64,000 nucleotides of DNA from an uncultured Verrucomicrobiae bacterium (GCA_963801815.1 CAWDGJ010000006.1:64001-128000); one strand, 5' to 3'. Counted from the first letter of the stretch, positions 30,983 through 40,549 are shown. A program made the numbers and translations. The notes: generated from the sequence alone by a model not told the origin.

Positions 30983-31996
30983 ATGAATCCAAGAATTGCT
31001 CTTGTTTCTGCGATGGTGGCATTTGCCACCACGTTTGCTGACTCGGCAACGATGAAAGCGATCGTCGCTCACGAATATGGTGGTCCTGAGGTCTTAAAAC
31101 TTGAAGACATGCCGGTCCCGACGCCGAAAGAGGACGAGATGCTGGTCAAAGTCTTTGCCGCGGGTGTGAATTCGTTCGATGGAGTAATGCGGTCGGGTAA
31201 GTACGCAAAGCCCAACGGCACGCAACTGCCGTGGCATCCCGGCTACGACATCGCCGGTGTGATCGAAAAAGTCGGCGCCAAAGTTACTAAGTTTAAAGTG
31301 GGCGACCCTGTTTACGCTTTCATCGCCATTCTGAAAGGCGGCGGCTACGCGGAATATGCGCTGGCCAAAGAAACTGACGCGGCCTTAAAGCCGTCGACGA
31401 TTAGCTTTGTAGAGGCGGCCGGCGCGCCAAGTGTCGCATTGACTGCCTGGCAGGCGATCGTTGATAAGGCGAACCTTCAACCCGGCCAGACGGTGCTGAT
31501 TCACGGAGCCTCCGGCGGCGTGGGATTGTTCGCGATTCCGATTGCAAAAGTTCGGGGCGCTAAAGTTTTCGCAACTGCTTCGACCGCCAATCAGGACTTT
31601 CTAAAGGAACTCGGAGCGGACGTTGCCATCGATTACAAGACACAGAAATTCGAGGACATTGCCAAGGATGTCGATGTCGTGATCGATGGCGTTGGCGGTG
31701 AAACGCTGGCGCGGTCGTATCCGATCGTGAAAAAAGGCGGAATCATTGTCTCGCTGACTGACCGCGTCGATCAGGCGCAGCTGAACAAGTATGGAATTCG
31801 CGGCGCGTCTCTGGAGGTCCAGAACAACGGCGATGAGCTTGCCCAGATCGGGAAGCTAATCGATGAAAAGAAAATCAAGGTCATCGTTTCCGAAACTTTT
31901 CCGCTCGCGGACGCAAACAAAGCGGAGACGAAAGCGGATACGGGTCATGCTCGCGGGAAAATCGTTTTGAAAATCGCTGACGAACCAAAATCCTGA
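30983..31996 (+). CDS. NADP-dependent oxidoreductase (MDR family, tandem paralogue)
   Basis: YGGPEVL, IHGASGGVG, GHARGKIVL. Confidence 0.9.
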   Translation: MNPRIALVSAMVAFATTFADSATMKAIVAHEYGGPEVLKLEDMPVPTPKEDEMLVKVFAAGVNSFDGVMRSGKYAKPNGTQLPWHPGYDIAGVIEKVGAKVTKFKVGDPVYAFIAILKGGGYAEYALAKETDAALKPSTISFVEAAGAPSVALTAWQAIVDKANLQPGQTVLIHGASGGVGLFAIPIAKVRGAKVFATASTANQDFLKELGADVAIDYKTQKFEDIAKDVDVVIDGVGGETLARSYPIVKKGGIIVSLTDRVDQAQLNKYGIRGASLEVQNNGDELAQIGKLIDEKKIKVIVSETFPLADANKAETKADTGHARGKIVLKIADEPKS

Positions 31997-32002
31997 GCCC
32001 AC

Positions 32003-32512
32003 ATGAATTGGGAAGCGATCAACGCCATTGCGCAGCTCGTGAGTTCGTTCGCGGTGGTCGCTTCTTTCTGGTATCTCGCGGTTCAAGTACATCGCAGCAC
32101 GCGGATCGCCAGACTCTCCGCGCAAGACGCGGCGACGACGGCGTTACGGGACGTCACGCGTCCGTTTGCCGAAAATGCTGAGAACAATCGAATCTGGGTC
32201 ACGGGCCTGGAAAATCTCGACACGCTCTCTGCGGAAGATAAGGCGCGCTTCTTTCATTTCGCCTTCCAATTTTTGAAGGCCATGGAAACGATCCACTTTC
32301 ACTACATTTACGGATTGATGGATGAATCAATCTGGCGTGGGTGGGCCAATCTTTACCAACATTATCTCGCCACTCCCGGATTGGGATTTTACTGGAGCGT
32401 GCGGCAGAATCTTTTTTCAGAGCGTTTTCAGGAATTTGTGGCCGGATTCACTCGACCTGAAAGGCGACTGACCGTCGCGAACGTGCTCGGTCACGAAAAG
32501 ATCGACAAATAG
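32003..32512 (+). CDS. Hypothetical membrane-anchored protein
   Basis: MNWEAINAIAQLV..AVVASFWYLAVQV N-terminal TM helix. Confidence 0.7.
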   Translation: MNWEAINAIAQLVSSFAVVASFWYLAVQVHRSTRIARLSAQDAATTALRDVTRPFAENAENNRIWVTGLENLDTLSAEDKARFFHFAFQFLKAMETIHFHYIYGLMDESIWRGWANLYQHYLATPGLGFYWSVRQNLFSERFQEFVAGFTRPERRLTVANVLGHEKIDK

Positions 32513-33045
32513 CTGCGACCGCGGGCCGTGAAGTAACCGGTGCTAGTGCGCGAAGCGTCGCACCGAACCCTTGGCTTCGGATTTCGAAGAGGGCTTCCGG
32601 CGCGACTTGAGAAAACCGGAGGTGCGGGTCGCGGTCGACGCACTCGTCTGAACCCGGACAGTGACACAGGCGTCGGCTGGATCGCCGCCGAACAAGCGCT
32701 CCCAATCGGCGCGGGCGGCCTGGCAAATTTGCCGGTAACGCAGGTCAAGCGCCTGACGTAAGCCGGCGACGATTTCTGCCTTCTCGCTCGCGCGGGTGAA
32801 CACAGACTGTGCCTGCTGTTCGATGCTCATTACCTGGTCTTGAGCAGGAAACACGCCCGGTTCAGAAGTCAGCGGTTCGCAGCGAGCGAGCTTTACGGCG
32901 GGACGCCGTGAGCTCTTTGCGAATCCGCCTAGGGAATCACGCCGCTCTGCGGCAAACTAAATCCAGGGAACAAAAAGATGAACTGGCGGGAGCGTAAGCC
33001 GGCGACTCGGTTTCGGTGGAAACCGAGCGGTCAGAGGCAGAGTTC
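32512..33045. ncRNA. Candidate large structured non-coding RNA (~530 nt)
   Basis: Long-range pairings GCTGCGACCGC/GCGGTTCGCAGC and TCTGAACC/GGTTCAGA enclosing many hairpins; no recognisable protein family. Confidence 0.55.
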
Positions 33046-33050
33046 AGGCG

Positions 33051-33452
33051 TCAGAAACCGCGTTCTGCGGGAACATCCTCGCCGACAAAGCGATATCGGG
33101 CGCGCGAGAGATTGCCGACATGCGTAATCGTCCCGGCGCGATAGACGTAACCGCGCAACTTTTGCGGGTCTCGTTTGCTGACAAAAATTCCGCCATCGCG
33201 CCAGGCATAGCTTTCCCGGATTTTACGCGGCGCTCGGTAGTAATAACCAATTTTATCGACCGCGTTTAGAGTGTAGACACCCGCTGGAAAATGCAGCGTC
33301 GCGATCTGCTTCTCGGAATAAAGTTCGAGATAACGCCTGGTTGGCGGTCCTTCACTAGGACTTATCAGTTGCGGGTGACTGCTGCCGGCGCACGCGGAAA
33401 GGAAGAGGGATGAAGTAAAAATTAAGAAAAGCTGAACGGAGCGCGGCGGCAT
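33051..33452 (-). CDS. Hypothetical lipoprotein
   Basis: LSAC lipobox after a hydrophobic stretch. Confidence 0.7.
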   Translation of the reverse strand: MPPRSVQLFLIFTSSLFLSACAGSSHPQLISPSEGPPTRRYLELYSEKQIATLHFPAGVYTLNAVDKIGYYYRAPRKIRESYAWRDGGIFVSKRDPQKLRGYVYRAGTITHVGNLSRARYRFVGEDVPAERGF

Positions 33453-33471
33453 ACTTCTTACTTTTTGATTC

Positions 33472-35271
33472 TTACTTCTTACTTTCTTCAGTCGCTTTCT
33501 TAATTGAAGAATCGTCGTTCAATAAAATCCATTCGATGATCGAAAGCGGCAGACTGCCGTTCTTGATCAGATCGTCGTGAAATTGTCCGAGCCGGAAATT
33601 GTCACCTTGTTTATCTTTGTATTTGCCGAGCAAATTCATGATCTGCCATTTGCCTATGATGTAGCTGATTTTCTGGTGGGGACTCGCGGCTGCGCCGGCG
33701 GCTTCGCCTTCTGCTGCTTCGTGATCAAGCCCACCCGCGTCCATAAAATATTTTACCGCTTGCTCGAATGTCCATTTGCCGGTGTGCAGGTTCACGTCAA
33801 CGCCAATGCGCGCACCGCGATAACGTGACAATCGGAGAATTTGTCCCTGCGCCGCTGAATTGTCGGGATACAAACCTGTGCGCATCAACATTTCTTCGCC
33901 GTAAAGCGCCCAGCCTTCTATAAACACGCCGTCTTCATGCTGCCGGCGAATCTCATCGCTTAAATGGTTCGCGATCGAGAGTTGCATGAAGTGACCGGGA
34001 ATTCCTTCGTGGCCCAGAATCGGACGCGGGTCTTCGATCGCCGCCCGAATGTAGAAATTTTTCGATTCGGGATTGTAGGTCGGAATAAAAAAGAATCCGG
34101 TAGGATCCTTGTCATAAACGCCGGGCGGATTCATGAAACCGCCGGGGCTTGTTGGTTTGAACGCCTCCGGGAGCTGTCGAATTTCAAAACGGCCGAGGTA
34201 ATCGGGTATCGTCACGAGATTGTGTTCCTTCAGGAAATTGATCATTTCTGTCTCGCGACTTTCGTAGGCCTTCAAGAACGACGCCTGGTCAGCTGGAATA
34301 TTCGCGGCGCGTTTTGGATCGGGATCGGCCAGTTTCGGGTCAGGCAGCAACGCTTCGAGCGCGCGATAACGCGCATTCTCAACCCGGCCGACTGTTTCCA
34401 CTTCGCGCGCGTCGAGCGGCAAAAGCAAAACGTGTTTGAGATAGTAGTTGTAGTTCGCTTCGCCCATTGGCGCGAAATCCACCATCTTCGGCGCCCGTTT
34501 TTCGAGCTCGTCCGCGTAACCGTGGATCGCGGCCAGCGCGGCATCGCGAGCTTTAACGAGCTCCTCGTGCTCGTTTGGCGCAAGATCGACATCGAGCGCC
34601 ATCAAACTCTGATTGAAAAGCGGATCGATCGATCGCGCGGATTGAATCGCAAGGTGGGCGTAGAGCTTCACCGGGTTCTGCAGGTTCGCGAGTCCCTGGT
34701 TCAGTATTGCCGGCATTGCCTTGAGTCTTGCGGTCGCCGAAACCGCGCGTTTGCGCGGCGCGTCGTATTCTTTTTTCAACAGTGAAAAAATCGCGTTCGC
34801 GCATTCGTCCGCGTAGGTCTGTGGATTCGTGAATTCGAATTTCAGAACGCGATTCTGGAAATCAACGTTCTCCAGCTGCGCGCGGAAAAGAATCGCGTCG
34901 ATCTGCTCGTCCTTCGGCCAGGTGTCGATCTTCATCGCGCGCACCTTTTCGAGAAGGCCGTGCACATGCTGCGCGCGCTCGGCGATTTTGGCCGGCGAAT
35001 AATCCGCCAGCTTGTCGTCCCAGGTGTGCAAGCCGCGATCGCTGCTCGATACCGGGTTGTTTTCGTTTCTCCATCGGTAATAATCGTCCGCTAGTTTGTG
35101 CAAAGCCGCCGCGCCCATTACGTGGTCCTGGTTTGCATTCGTGAGCAAGGCTTTGTTGGAGATGTCAGGCTGTCGGCTCGGGGAGGGCTGTGCCTGGATT
35201 GCCGTTGAAACGCAAAGGACAATGACGCCGATAAAAAAGGTCTTCGATCTCACGATGTCGATCTTAACCAC
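33472..35271 (-). CDS. DUF885-family protein (putative metallopeptidase)
   Basis: HEGIPGH, FIEGWALYGE, VDVNLH, SYIIG. Confidence 0.9.
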   Translation of the reverse strand: MVKIDIVRSKTFFIGVIVLCVSTAIQAQPSPSRQPDISNKALLTNANQDHVMGAAALHKLADDYYRWRNENNPVSSSDRGLHTWDDKLADYSPAKIAERAQHVHGLLEKVRAMKIDTWPKDEQIDAILFRAQLENVDFQNRVLKFEFTNPQTYADECANAIFSLLKKEYDAPRKRAVSATARLKAMPAILNQGLANLQNPVKLYAHLAIQSARSIDPLFNQSLMALDVDLAPNEHEELVKARDAALAAIHGYADELEKRAPKMVDFAPMGEANYNYYLKHVLLLPLDAREVETVGRVENARYRALEALLPDPKLADPDPKRAANIPADQASFLKAYESRETEMINFLKEHNLVTIPDYLGRFEIRQLPEAFKPTSPGGFMNPPGVYDKDPTGFFFIPTYNPESKNFYIRAAIEDPRPILGHEGIPGHFMQLSIANHLSDEIRRQHEDGVFIEGWALYGEEMLMRTGLYPDNSAAQGQILRLSRYRGARIGVDVNLHTGKWTFEQAVKYFMDAGGLDHEAAEGEAAGAAASPHQKISYIIGKWQIMNLLGKYKDKQGDNFRLGQFHDDLIKNGSLPLSIIEWILLNDDSSIKKATEESKK

Positions 35272-35372
35272 TTCAAATTAACGCGGAAGCGGAATTTATC
35301 TTAAGTAGTGCGTCGTCTGGTTCCGATTGAAAGCGTTGTTGCTTTTTAGTGCATTCACGCTCATCGAAAGTC

Positions 35373-36080
35373 ATGAACGCGATCGATCAATCCAGTCGCA
35401 GACTGTTTCTCAAGAAAACCGGACTCATTCTCGCGGCGTCTGGCTTTGGCGCGCTTGATCCTTCCTTCGCCAAAGAAAAAGCGAAAGGGGAAAAGAATGA
35501 AGACGTTTCGCCGCCGGAAGATTTGATGCGCGAGCACGGTGTTCTTAAGCGGATCCTGCTCGTGTACGGCGAAGCGTTACGCCGGATGGATGCCAACGAA
35601 GATCTGCCACCGGAGCCGCTCGCCGACTCAGCCAGGATTATTCGCGAATTTGTCGAGGACTATCACGAGAAGCTGGAAGAGAATTTTCTTTTCCCGAGGT
35701 TCAGAAAAGCCAACAACCTTGTCGATCTCGTTGACGTTCTTTTACAACAACATCAAGCCGGCCGGCGGTTGACCGACATCACCCTGCGGCTGGCGACGAA
35801 TCAATCGCTCAAGAACTCTGACGATCGTCGCGCGCTGGCCGATTCGATGCGTCAATTCATTCGCATGTATAGCCCGCATGAAGCGCGAGAGGATACGGTG
35901 TTGTTTCCAGCTTTTCGCGGGATCGTCAGTGGCCACGAGTTCGATTCGCTCGGCGAAGATTTCGAGAAAAAAGAAGATGAGCTTTTTGGCGAGGACGGCT
36001 TTTTCAAGGTTGTCGATCGAGTGGCCGAGATTGAAAAGAAACTCGGCATTTACGATCTCGCGCAGTTCACACCGCGATAA
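35373..36080 (+). CDS. Hemerythrin-like domain protein with Tat signal
   Basis: SRRLFLK, LMREHG, YHEKLEE..LFP, HEARED..LFP. Confidence 0.85.
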   Translation: MNAIDQSSRRLFLKKTGLILAASGFGALDPSFAKEKAKGEKNEDVSPPEDLMREHGVLKRILLVYGEALRRMDANEDLPPEPLADSARIIREFVEDYHEKLEENFLFPRFRKANNLVDLVDVLLQQHQAGRRLTDITLRLATNQSLKNSDDRRALADSMRQFIRMYSPHEAREDTVLFPAFRGIVSGHEFDSLGEDFEKKEDELFGEDGFFKVVDRVAEIEKKLGIYDLAQFTPR

Positions 36081-36150
36081 ACTTTTGCTCACCGCTAAAG
36101 TAGCTCTGGACTGCGAATGATTTTCGCAAAGGTTGAGCTTCACTTCTAAA

Positions 36151-37332
36151 ATGAATGGCCGGGCCGCGACCACAACTCTTCCAGGATCGGCCGCCTTTCG
36201 GTTCGTCTTAATCCTTGGCATCGCGAATCTCTTCGCGGACATGACCTACGAGGGCGCGCGGAGCGTCACCGGACCATTCCTTGAAACGCTCGGGGCGAGT
36301 GCGGCCGTGGTCGGCATTACCGCGGGCCTTGGCGAGCTTCTCGGCTACGCCCTGCGATCAGTCTCCGGCGTCATCAGCGATCGAACCGGTAAGTACTGGA
36401 TCGTCACGATCGTCGGTTACATCATCAACATGCTGGCGGTTCCGGCGCTTGCGCTATCGGGTAACTGGCCACTCGCTGCGGGACTCATTGTGTCGGAGCG
36501 CACCGGTCGCGCGATCCGAAAACCGGCCACCGAAGCGATGCTTTCTTTTGCCGGCAAACAGATCGGACGCGGCTGGGTTTTCGGTTTGAACGAAGCGCTT
36601 GATCAGGCAGGTGCGACTATTGGCCCGCTTGTTGTTTCGTTCTCACTATTCGAACAACGTGGCTACCGGACGGCGTTTTCCTATCTTCTCGTGCCGGCGC
36701 TGTTGACCATCGCGATTATTTTTCTGGCACGTTATTTCTTCCCGAGACCGCACGATCTTGAAGTAGCCGAAGAAATTCACACCGAACATTTTCAGCCGGC
36801 TTACTGGATTTACATGGTCGCAGCCGCGTGTTTCGCGGCCGGATTCGCGGATTTTGCGTTGATCGCGTATCACTTTCAGAAAAGCGGGGTAATCGCCGCG
36901 GATGTCATTCCTATCTATTATGCCGTGGCAATGGCGATGGGCGCGGTAGCAGGATTGCTTTTAGGCAAGCTATTCGATCGCTTCGGGATCGCGATGCTGT
37001 TCATTGGGTTTTTGCTTTCGGCTTTTGCGCCGCCGTTGTTGTTTTTGGGCGGCGCAAGATTGGCGCTCGCTGGTATGATCCTCTGGGGGATTGGCATGGG
37101 TGCACAGGGCTCCCTGCTTAACGCGATCATCTCCGAATTGGTTCCATCGAATAAGCGCAGTACCGCGTTCGGTTTCTTCGACGCCGCATTTGGAATCGCT
37201 TGGTTTATCGGCAGCGCATCGATGGGAATTCTCTACGACAGATCAATTATCGCAGTGGTGACCGTTTCGGTGGTTCTCCAATTGGGTTCACTCCCGATCT
37301 TCTTCTTTGTAAACAAGGCGCGAGCAAACTGA
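36151..37332 (+). CDS. MFS transporter
   Basis: About 12 TM segments; GVISDRTG and GKLFDRFG motifs. Confidence 0.9.
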   Translation: MNGRAATTTLPGSAAFRFVLILGIANLFADMTYEGARSVTGPFLETLGASAAVVGITAGLGELLGYALRSVSGVISDRTGKYWIVTIVGYIINMLAVPALALSGNWPLAAGLIVSERTGRAIRKPATEAMLSFAGKQIGRGWVFGLNEALDQAGATIGPLVVSFSLFEQRGYRTAFSYLLVPALLTIAIIFLARYFFPRPHDLEVAEEIHTEHFQPAYWIYMVAAACFAAGFADFALIAYHFQKSGVIAADVIPIYYAVAMAMGAVAGLLLGKLFDRFGIAMLFIGFLLSAFAPPLLFLGGARLALAGMILWGIGMGAQGSLLNAIISELVPSNKRSTAFGFFDAAFGIAWFIGSASMGILYDRSIIAVVTVSVVLQLGSLPIFFFVNKARAN

Positions 37333-38028
37333 ATGAAGACGCTCGGCATGATCGGCGGCATCGGACCCGAGAGCACGATCGACTACTACAAGAATCTCAT
37401 TGCGATATATCGCGAACGAAAACCGGACGGTCATTATCCGCAATTCGTGATTAACAGCATCGACCTTCAGAAGGGGATCGATTTCCTGGAAGCGAACAAT
37501 CTGCCGGGCATGGCAGATTTTCTTCTCGAAGAAATTGCGAAACTGCCACCCGCCGGCGCCGACTTTGGAATTATCGCCGCTAACACTCCGCACATCGTGT
37601 TCGACGAAGTGAAAGCAAAATCGCCAATTCCGTTCATCAGTATCGTCGAAGCAACTTGCGATTATGCAAAAGCGCGCAATTTGAAAAGGCTCGCGCTTTT
37701 CGGGACGCGTTACACCATGCAGGCCGATTTTTATCAAAGGGTTTTCCGGCACGCAGGAATCGAACTCGTCGTGCCCTATCCGAAAGATCAGGATTACATC
37801 CACGAGAAATATTTCGCCGAGCTCGTCCCCGGAATCTTTTTGCCTGAAACGCGCGCCGGGTTGCTTGCGATCGTCGATCGAATGAAATCCGAGGCGGACA
37901 TTGAGGGAGTTACGCTCGCGGGAACCGAGCTAGCGCTCATCCTTCGCGGCGAAAGCCACAACGGCGTCGCTTTGCTCGACACCGGCAAGATTCATTGTCA
38001 GGCTGCGGTGATCGAAATGCTCAAATGA
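37333..38028 (+). CDS. Aspartate/glutamate racemase family protein
   Basis: MKTLGMIGGIGPESTIDYY, ANTPH, AGTEL; catalytic Cys positions appear substituted. Confidence 0.85.
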   Translation: MKTLGMIGGIGPESTIDYYKNLIAIYRERKPDGHYPQFVINSIDLQKGIDFLEANNLPGMADFLLEEIAKLPPAGADFGIIAANTPHIVFDEVKAKSPIPFISIVEATCDYAKARNLKRLALFGTRYTMQADFYQRVFRHAGIELVVPYPKDQDYIHEKYFAELVPGIFLPETRAGLLAIVDRMKSEADIEGVTLAGTELALILRGESHNGVALLDTGKIHCQAAVIEMLK

Positions 38029-38414
38029 AACGCGTCATCGGCATTGGCGGAATTTTCTTCAAGGCGAACGATCCCAAGAAACTTGCGGCCTGGTATAAAG
38101 AGCATCTCGGACTTGCTGTCGAAGATTGGGGCGGCGCCAGTTTTCAGGAAGGCGCTGGCGCCGATCTCAAACCAAAACGCCAATCGCACCTCGTCTGGTC
38201 GCCGTTCGAAGCGAACACCGATTATTTCAAGCCGAGCGACAAGCAGTTCATGATCAACTATCGCGTTCACGATCTCGACGCCGTTCTCGCCCAGCTCCGG
38301 AGCGAAGGTGTAGCGGTCGATCCCAAAACTGAAAAGTCCGAGTTCGGCTACTTTGGCTGGATCATGGATCCAGAAGGCAACCGTATTGAATTATGGGAGC
38401 CGCCTCAACAATGA
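38025..38414 (+). CDS. VOC/glyoxalase family protein
   Basis: GIGGIFFK, DPEGNRIELWEP. Confidence 0.9.
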   Translation: MKRVIGIGGIFFKANDPKKLAAWYKEHLGLAVEDWGGASFQEGAGADLKPKRQSHLVWSPFEANTDYFKPSDKQFMINYRVHDLDAVLAQLRSEGVAVDPKTEKSEFGYFGWIMDPEGNRIELWEPPQQ

Positions 38415-39079
38415 TAAGAGTTGTTTGTTGGCTTCTGGTTTTTTGTTCGATCGCAATGGCCCAACCTAAGACAGAGAAAATTCGTTACGCTGTAATCGGC
38501 GATTCGTATTCGTGCGGCGAAGGTGCGAAGCCTAGCGAGTCGTGGCCATCGTTGCTTACTCAGCATCTGAAAGCGCAAGGACTGGATATCGACCTGGTCT
38601 CTAACCCGTCAGTCACCGGTTGGACAACGAAGGACGCGATCGATAAGGAGTTGCCGAAGTTCGTAAGTTCCAATCCTAACTTCGCGACATTGCTCATCGG
38701 CGTGAATGACTGGGTCCAAGGCGTGGATGATTTGGGTTTTCATAATCGGTTCAGTTATCTCGTCGATTCAATGCTGGCTGTGCTGCCGAACAAGAAGCGA
38801 TTACTGGTGGTCACGATTCCAGACTTCGGAGTAACTCCAACCGGTCCCAAGTATTCGCACGGCCGGAACATTCACGAAGGAATCATGCAGTTTAACAAAA
38901 TCGTGACCGAAGAAGCGCACAAACGCGGGCTGGAGGTCGTCGATATTTTTCCGCTGAGCAAAAGAATGGGCGAAGACAAATCGCTTATTGCGAAGGACGG
39001 CCTTCATCCAACCGCCAAAGCCTACGCCGAATGGGAAAAACTTATTTTCCCGGCTGCCCTGGCGTTGCTGAAGCAGTAG
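38411..39079 (+). CDS. SGNH/GDSL hydrolase
   Basis: IGDSYS, IGVND, DGLHP. Confidence 0.9.
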   Translation: MIRVVCWLLVFCSIAMAQPKTEKIRYAVIGDSYSCGEGAKPSESWPSLLTQHLKAQGLDIDLVSNPSVTGWTTKDAIDKELPKFVSSNPNFATLLIGVNDWVQGVDDLGFHNRFSYLVDSMLAVLPNKKRLLVVTIPDFGVTPTGPKYSHGRNIHEGIMQFNKIVTEEAHKRGLEVVDIFPLSKRMGEDKSLIAKDGLHPTAKAYAEWEKLIFPAALALLKQ

Positions 39080-39085
39080 CTGATT

Positions 39086-39335
39086 TCAGAGACGCTTTTT
39101 TAGGAAGGCAGCGGCCAGAGGCAGATTTTAAGTAACGTTCGAAATTTCTACCCTGCGCTCCGTTCGAAAACGCAATATAGGTTTTCAGGCGCCACGGCCT
39201 CCATTTGGCGGTGTGTAGCACTTCGCCATTATTGTGACGAGCTAGTCTCTTCCGGAGATCGAGTGTAGAATCTGTGCGGAACCGTCTCGGGTCGGTCTCG
39301 CTTTGTAAGACGTAAACATATGTAAAAATTTTCAT
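39086..39335 (-). CDS. Small GIY-YIG nuclease family protein (degenerate second motif, C-terminal frameshift)
   Basis: YVYVLQS...DLRKRLARHNNG...TAKWRPWRL...FERYLKSASGR. Confidence 0.75.
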
Positions 39336-39452
39336 TTCTGATGGCATGCCGAGTCGAAGCTCGCCGCGGCGATGTTGCAAGATGAAAAGCCCGCCTACGC
39401 CAACGCTACGGCGCGACAGTGTACGCTCGTTGCTGACGCTGCGAGCGTAGAC

Positions 39453-39524
39453 TGGGCGGTGAGGGTTTCGAACCCCCGACCTCCTCGGTGTAAACGAGAT
39501 GCTCTACCGCTGAGCTAACCGCCC
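39453..39524 (-). tRNA. tRNA-Val (anticodon TAC), CCA not encoded
   Basis: Reverse complement GGGCGGTTAGCTCAGCGGTAGAGCATCTCGTTTACACCGAGGAGGTCGGGGGTTCGAAACCCTCACCGCCCA folds as a cloverleaf. Confidence 0.95.
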
Positions 39525-39663
39525 CTCGAGAATGTGATCCGCCTTCGCCAAGGCTACGGCGTGACAAGTAAGTGACGAGTGACCAGTGACCAGTCAAGGC
39601 AAAGCCCGCTATTTTCTTTGATCTCGTCTAAAAGATCGGTGATGAATGCGGCGCGGAGTCTGC

Positions 39664-40182
39664 ATGAAAGAACGCTACTATGAAGATTTGAAGGTTGGCG
39701 ACCGATTTAAATCGGAAACCTACAAGGTCAGCGAAGAACAGATCATCGCGTTTGCGCGCGAGTTCGATCCGCAACCGTTTCATCTTGATCGCGCATTCGC
39801 GGACAAAACGATGTTTGAGGGGTTGATCACGAGCGGCTGGCATACCGCCGCGATTACAATGCGTTTGTTTGTGAAGACGTTGAACTTTGCCGGAGGCACA
39901 ATCGGCCTCGGCGTCGATGAATTACGCTGGCCGAATGCAGTCAAGCCGGGCGATGAATTGCAGGTCGAGGTAGAGATTGTCCATCTTCGAGTGTCACGAT
40001 CGAAGCCAACCCACGGAGTGGTGCGGCTCCATTATGTTACGACGAACCAGCGCGAGCGAGATTGTGCAGACCATGTTCGCGTCGGTGTTGATTTCACGCC
40101 GCAGCGACTAGGATCAGACTATAATGGCACTACTCCGAGTTTTTGCGCAAACTACTCCGTAAGTATCTCTTGCATTAGCTAG
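39664..40182 (+). CDS. MaoC-family dehydratase (apparent C-terminal frameshift, true end probably near 40110)
   Basis: YYEDLKVG, FDPQPFHLD, LITSGWHT, VKPGD. Confidence 0.85.
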   Translation: MKERYYEDLKVGDRFKSETYKVSEEQIIAFAREFDPQPFHLDRAFADKTMFEGLITSGWHTAAITMRLFVKTLNFAGGTIGLGVDELRWPNAVKPGDELQVEVEIVHLRVSRSKPTHGVVRLHYVTTNQRERDCADHVRVGVDFTPQRLGSDYNGTTPSFCANYSVSISCIS

Positions 40183-40207
40183 AACTGTAGTCTACGAAGA
40201 ACGTCTT

Positions 40208-40549
40208 ATGGACTTATCAACGCGAAACTTGGAACAAGCTTTATCGATTCGTCGCCAGATTGATGCATTGGAGAGACGATTCAGGGGACTGGTTGGGGGA
40301 ATGGGCGGCGGCGCTTCGACGGCCGCGCCGCGTCGCGGAGGGAAGCGTCAAATGTCAGCAGCGGCCCGAGCGAAGATTGCGGCGGCAGCACGTGCACGCT
40401 GGGCGCGATTCCGGGCCGGTCGTGGCGGCGCCAAGGCGGCGAAGAAAGGCGGCAAACGCAAAGGCGGAATTACTGCTGCCGGTCGCAGACGTCTTTCGCA
40501 ATTAATGAAGGCGCGTTGGGCAGCTAGAAGAAAAGCCAAGCGCAGATAG
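40208..40549 (+). CDS. Highly basic histone-like protein
   Basis: Repeated MSAAARAKIAAAARARWA / ITAAGRRRLSQLMKARWA modules, very K/R rich. Confidence 0.7.
   Translation: MDLSTRNLEQALSIRRQIDALERRFRGLVGGMGGGASTAAPRRGGKRQMSAAARAKIAAAARARWARFRAGRGGAKAAKKGGKRKGGITAAGRRRLSQLMKARWAARRKAKRR

Noticed and set aside
32543..32854. 103 aa reverse-strand ORF as the explanation for the intergenic region
   Set aside because: It has no recognisable family and covers only part of the pairing-rich region. It is not fully excluded and is kept as the alternative hypothesis.
32512..33045. Structured region as tmRNA, RNase P RNA or a group II intron
   Set aside because: I could not find tRNA-like ends, the GAGGAAAGTCC signature or a canonical domain V on either strand.
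39453..39524. tRNA-Val as a prophage or genomic island attachment site
   Set aside because: No integrase and no duplicated tRNA 3' end were seen in the window.
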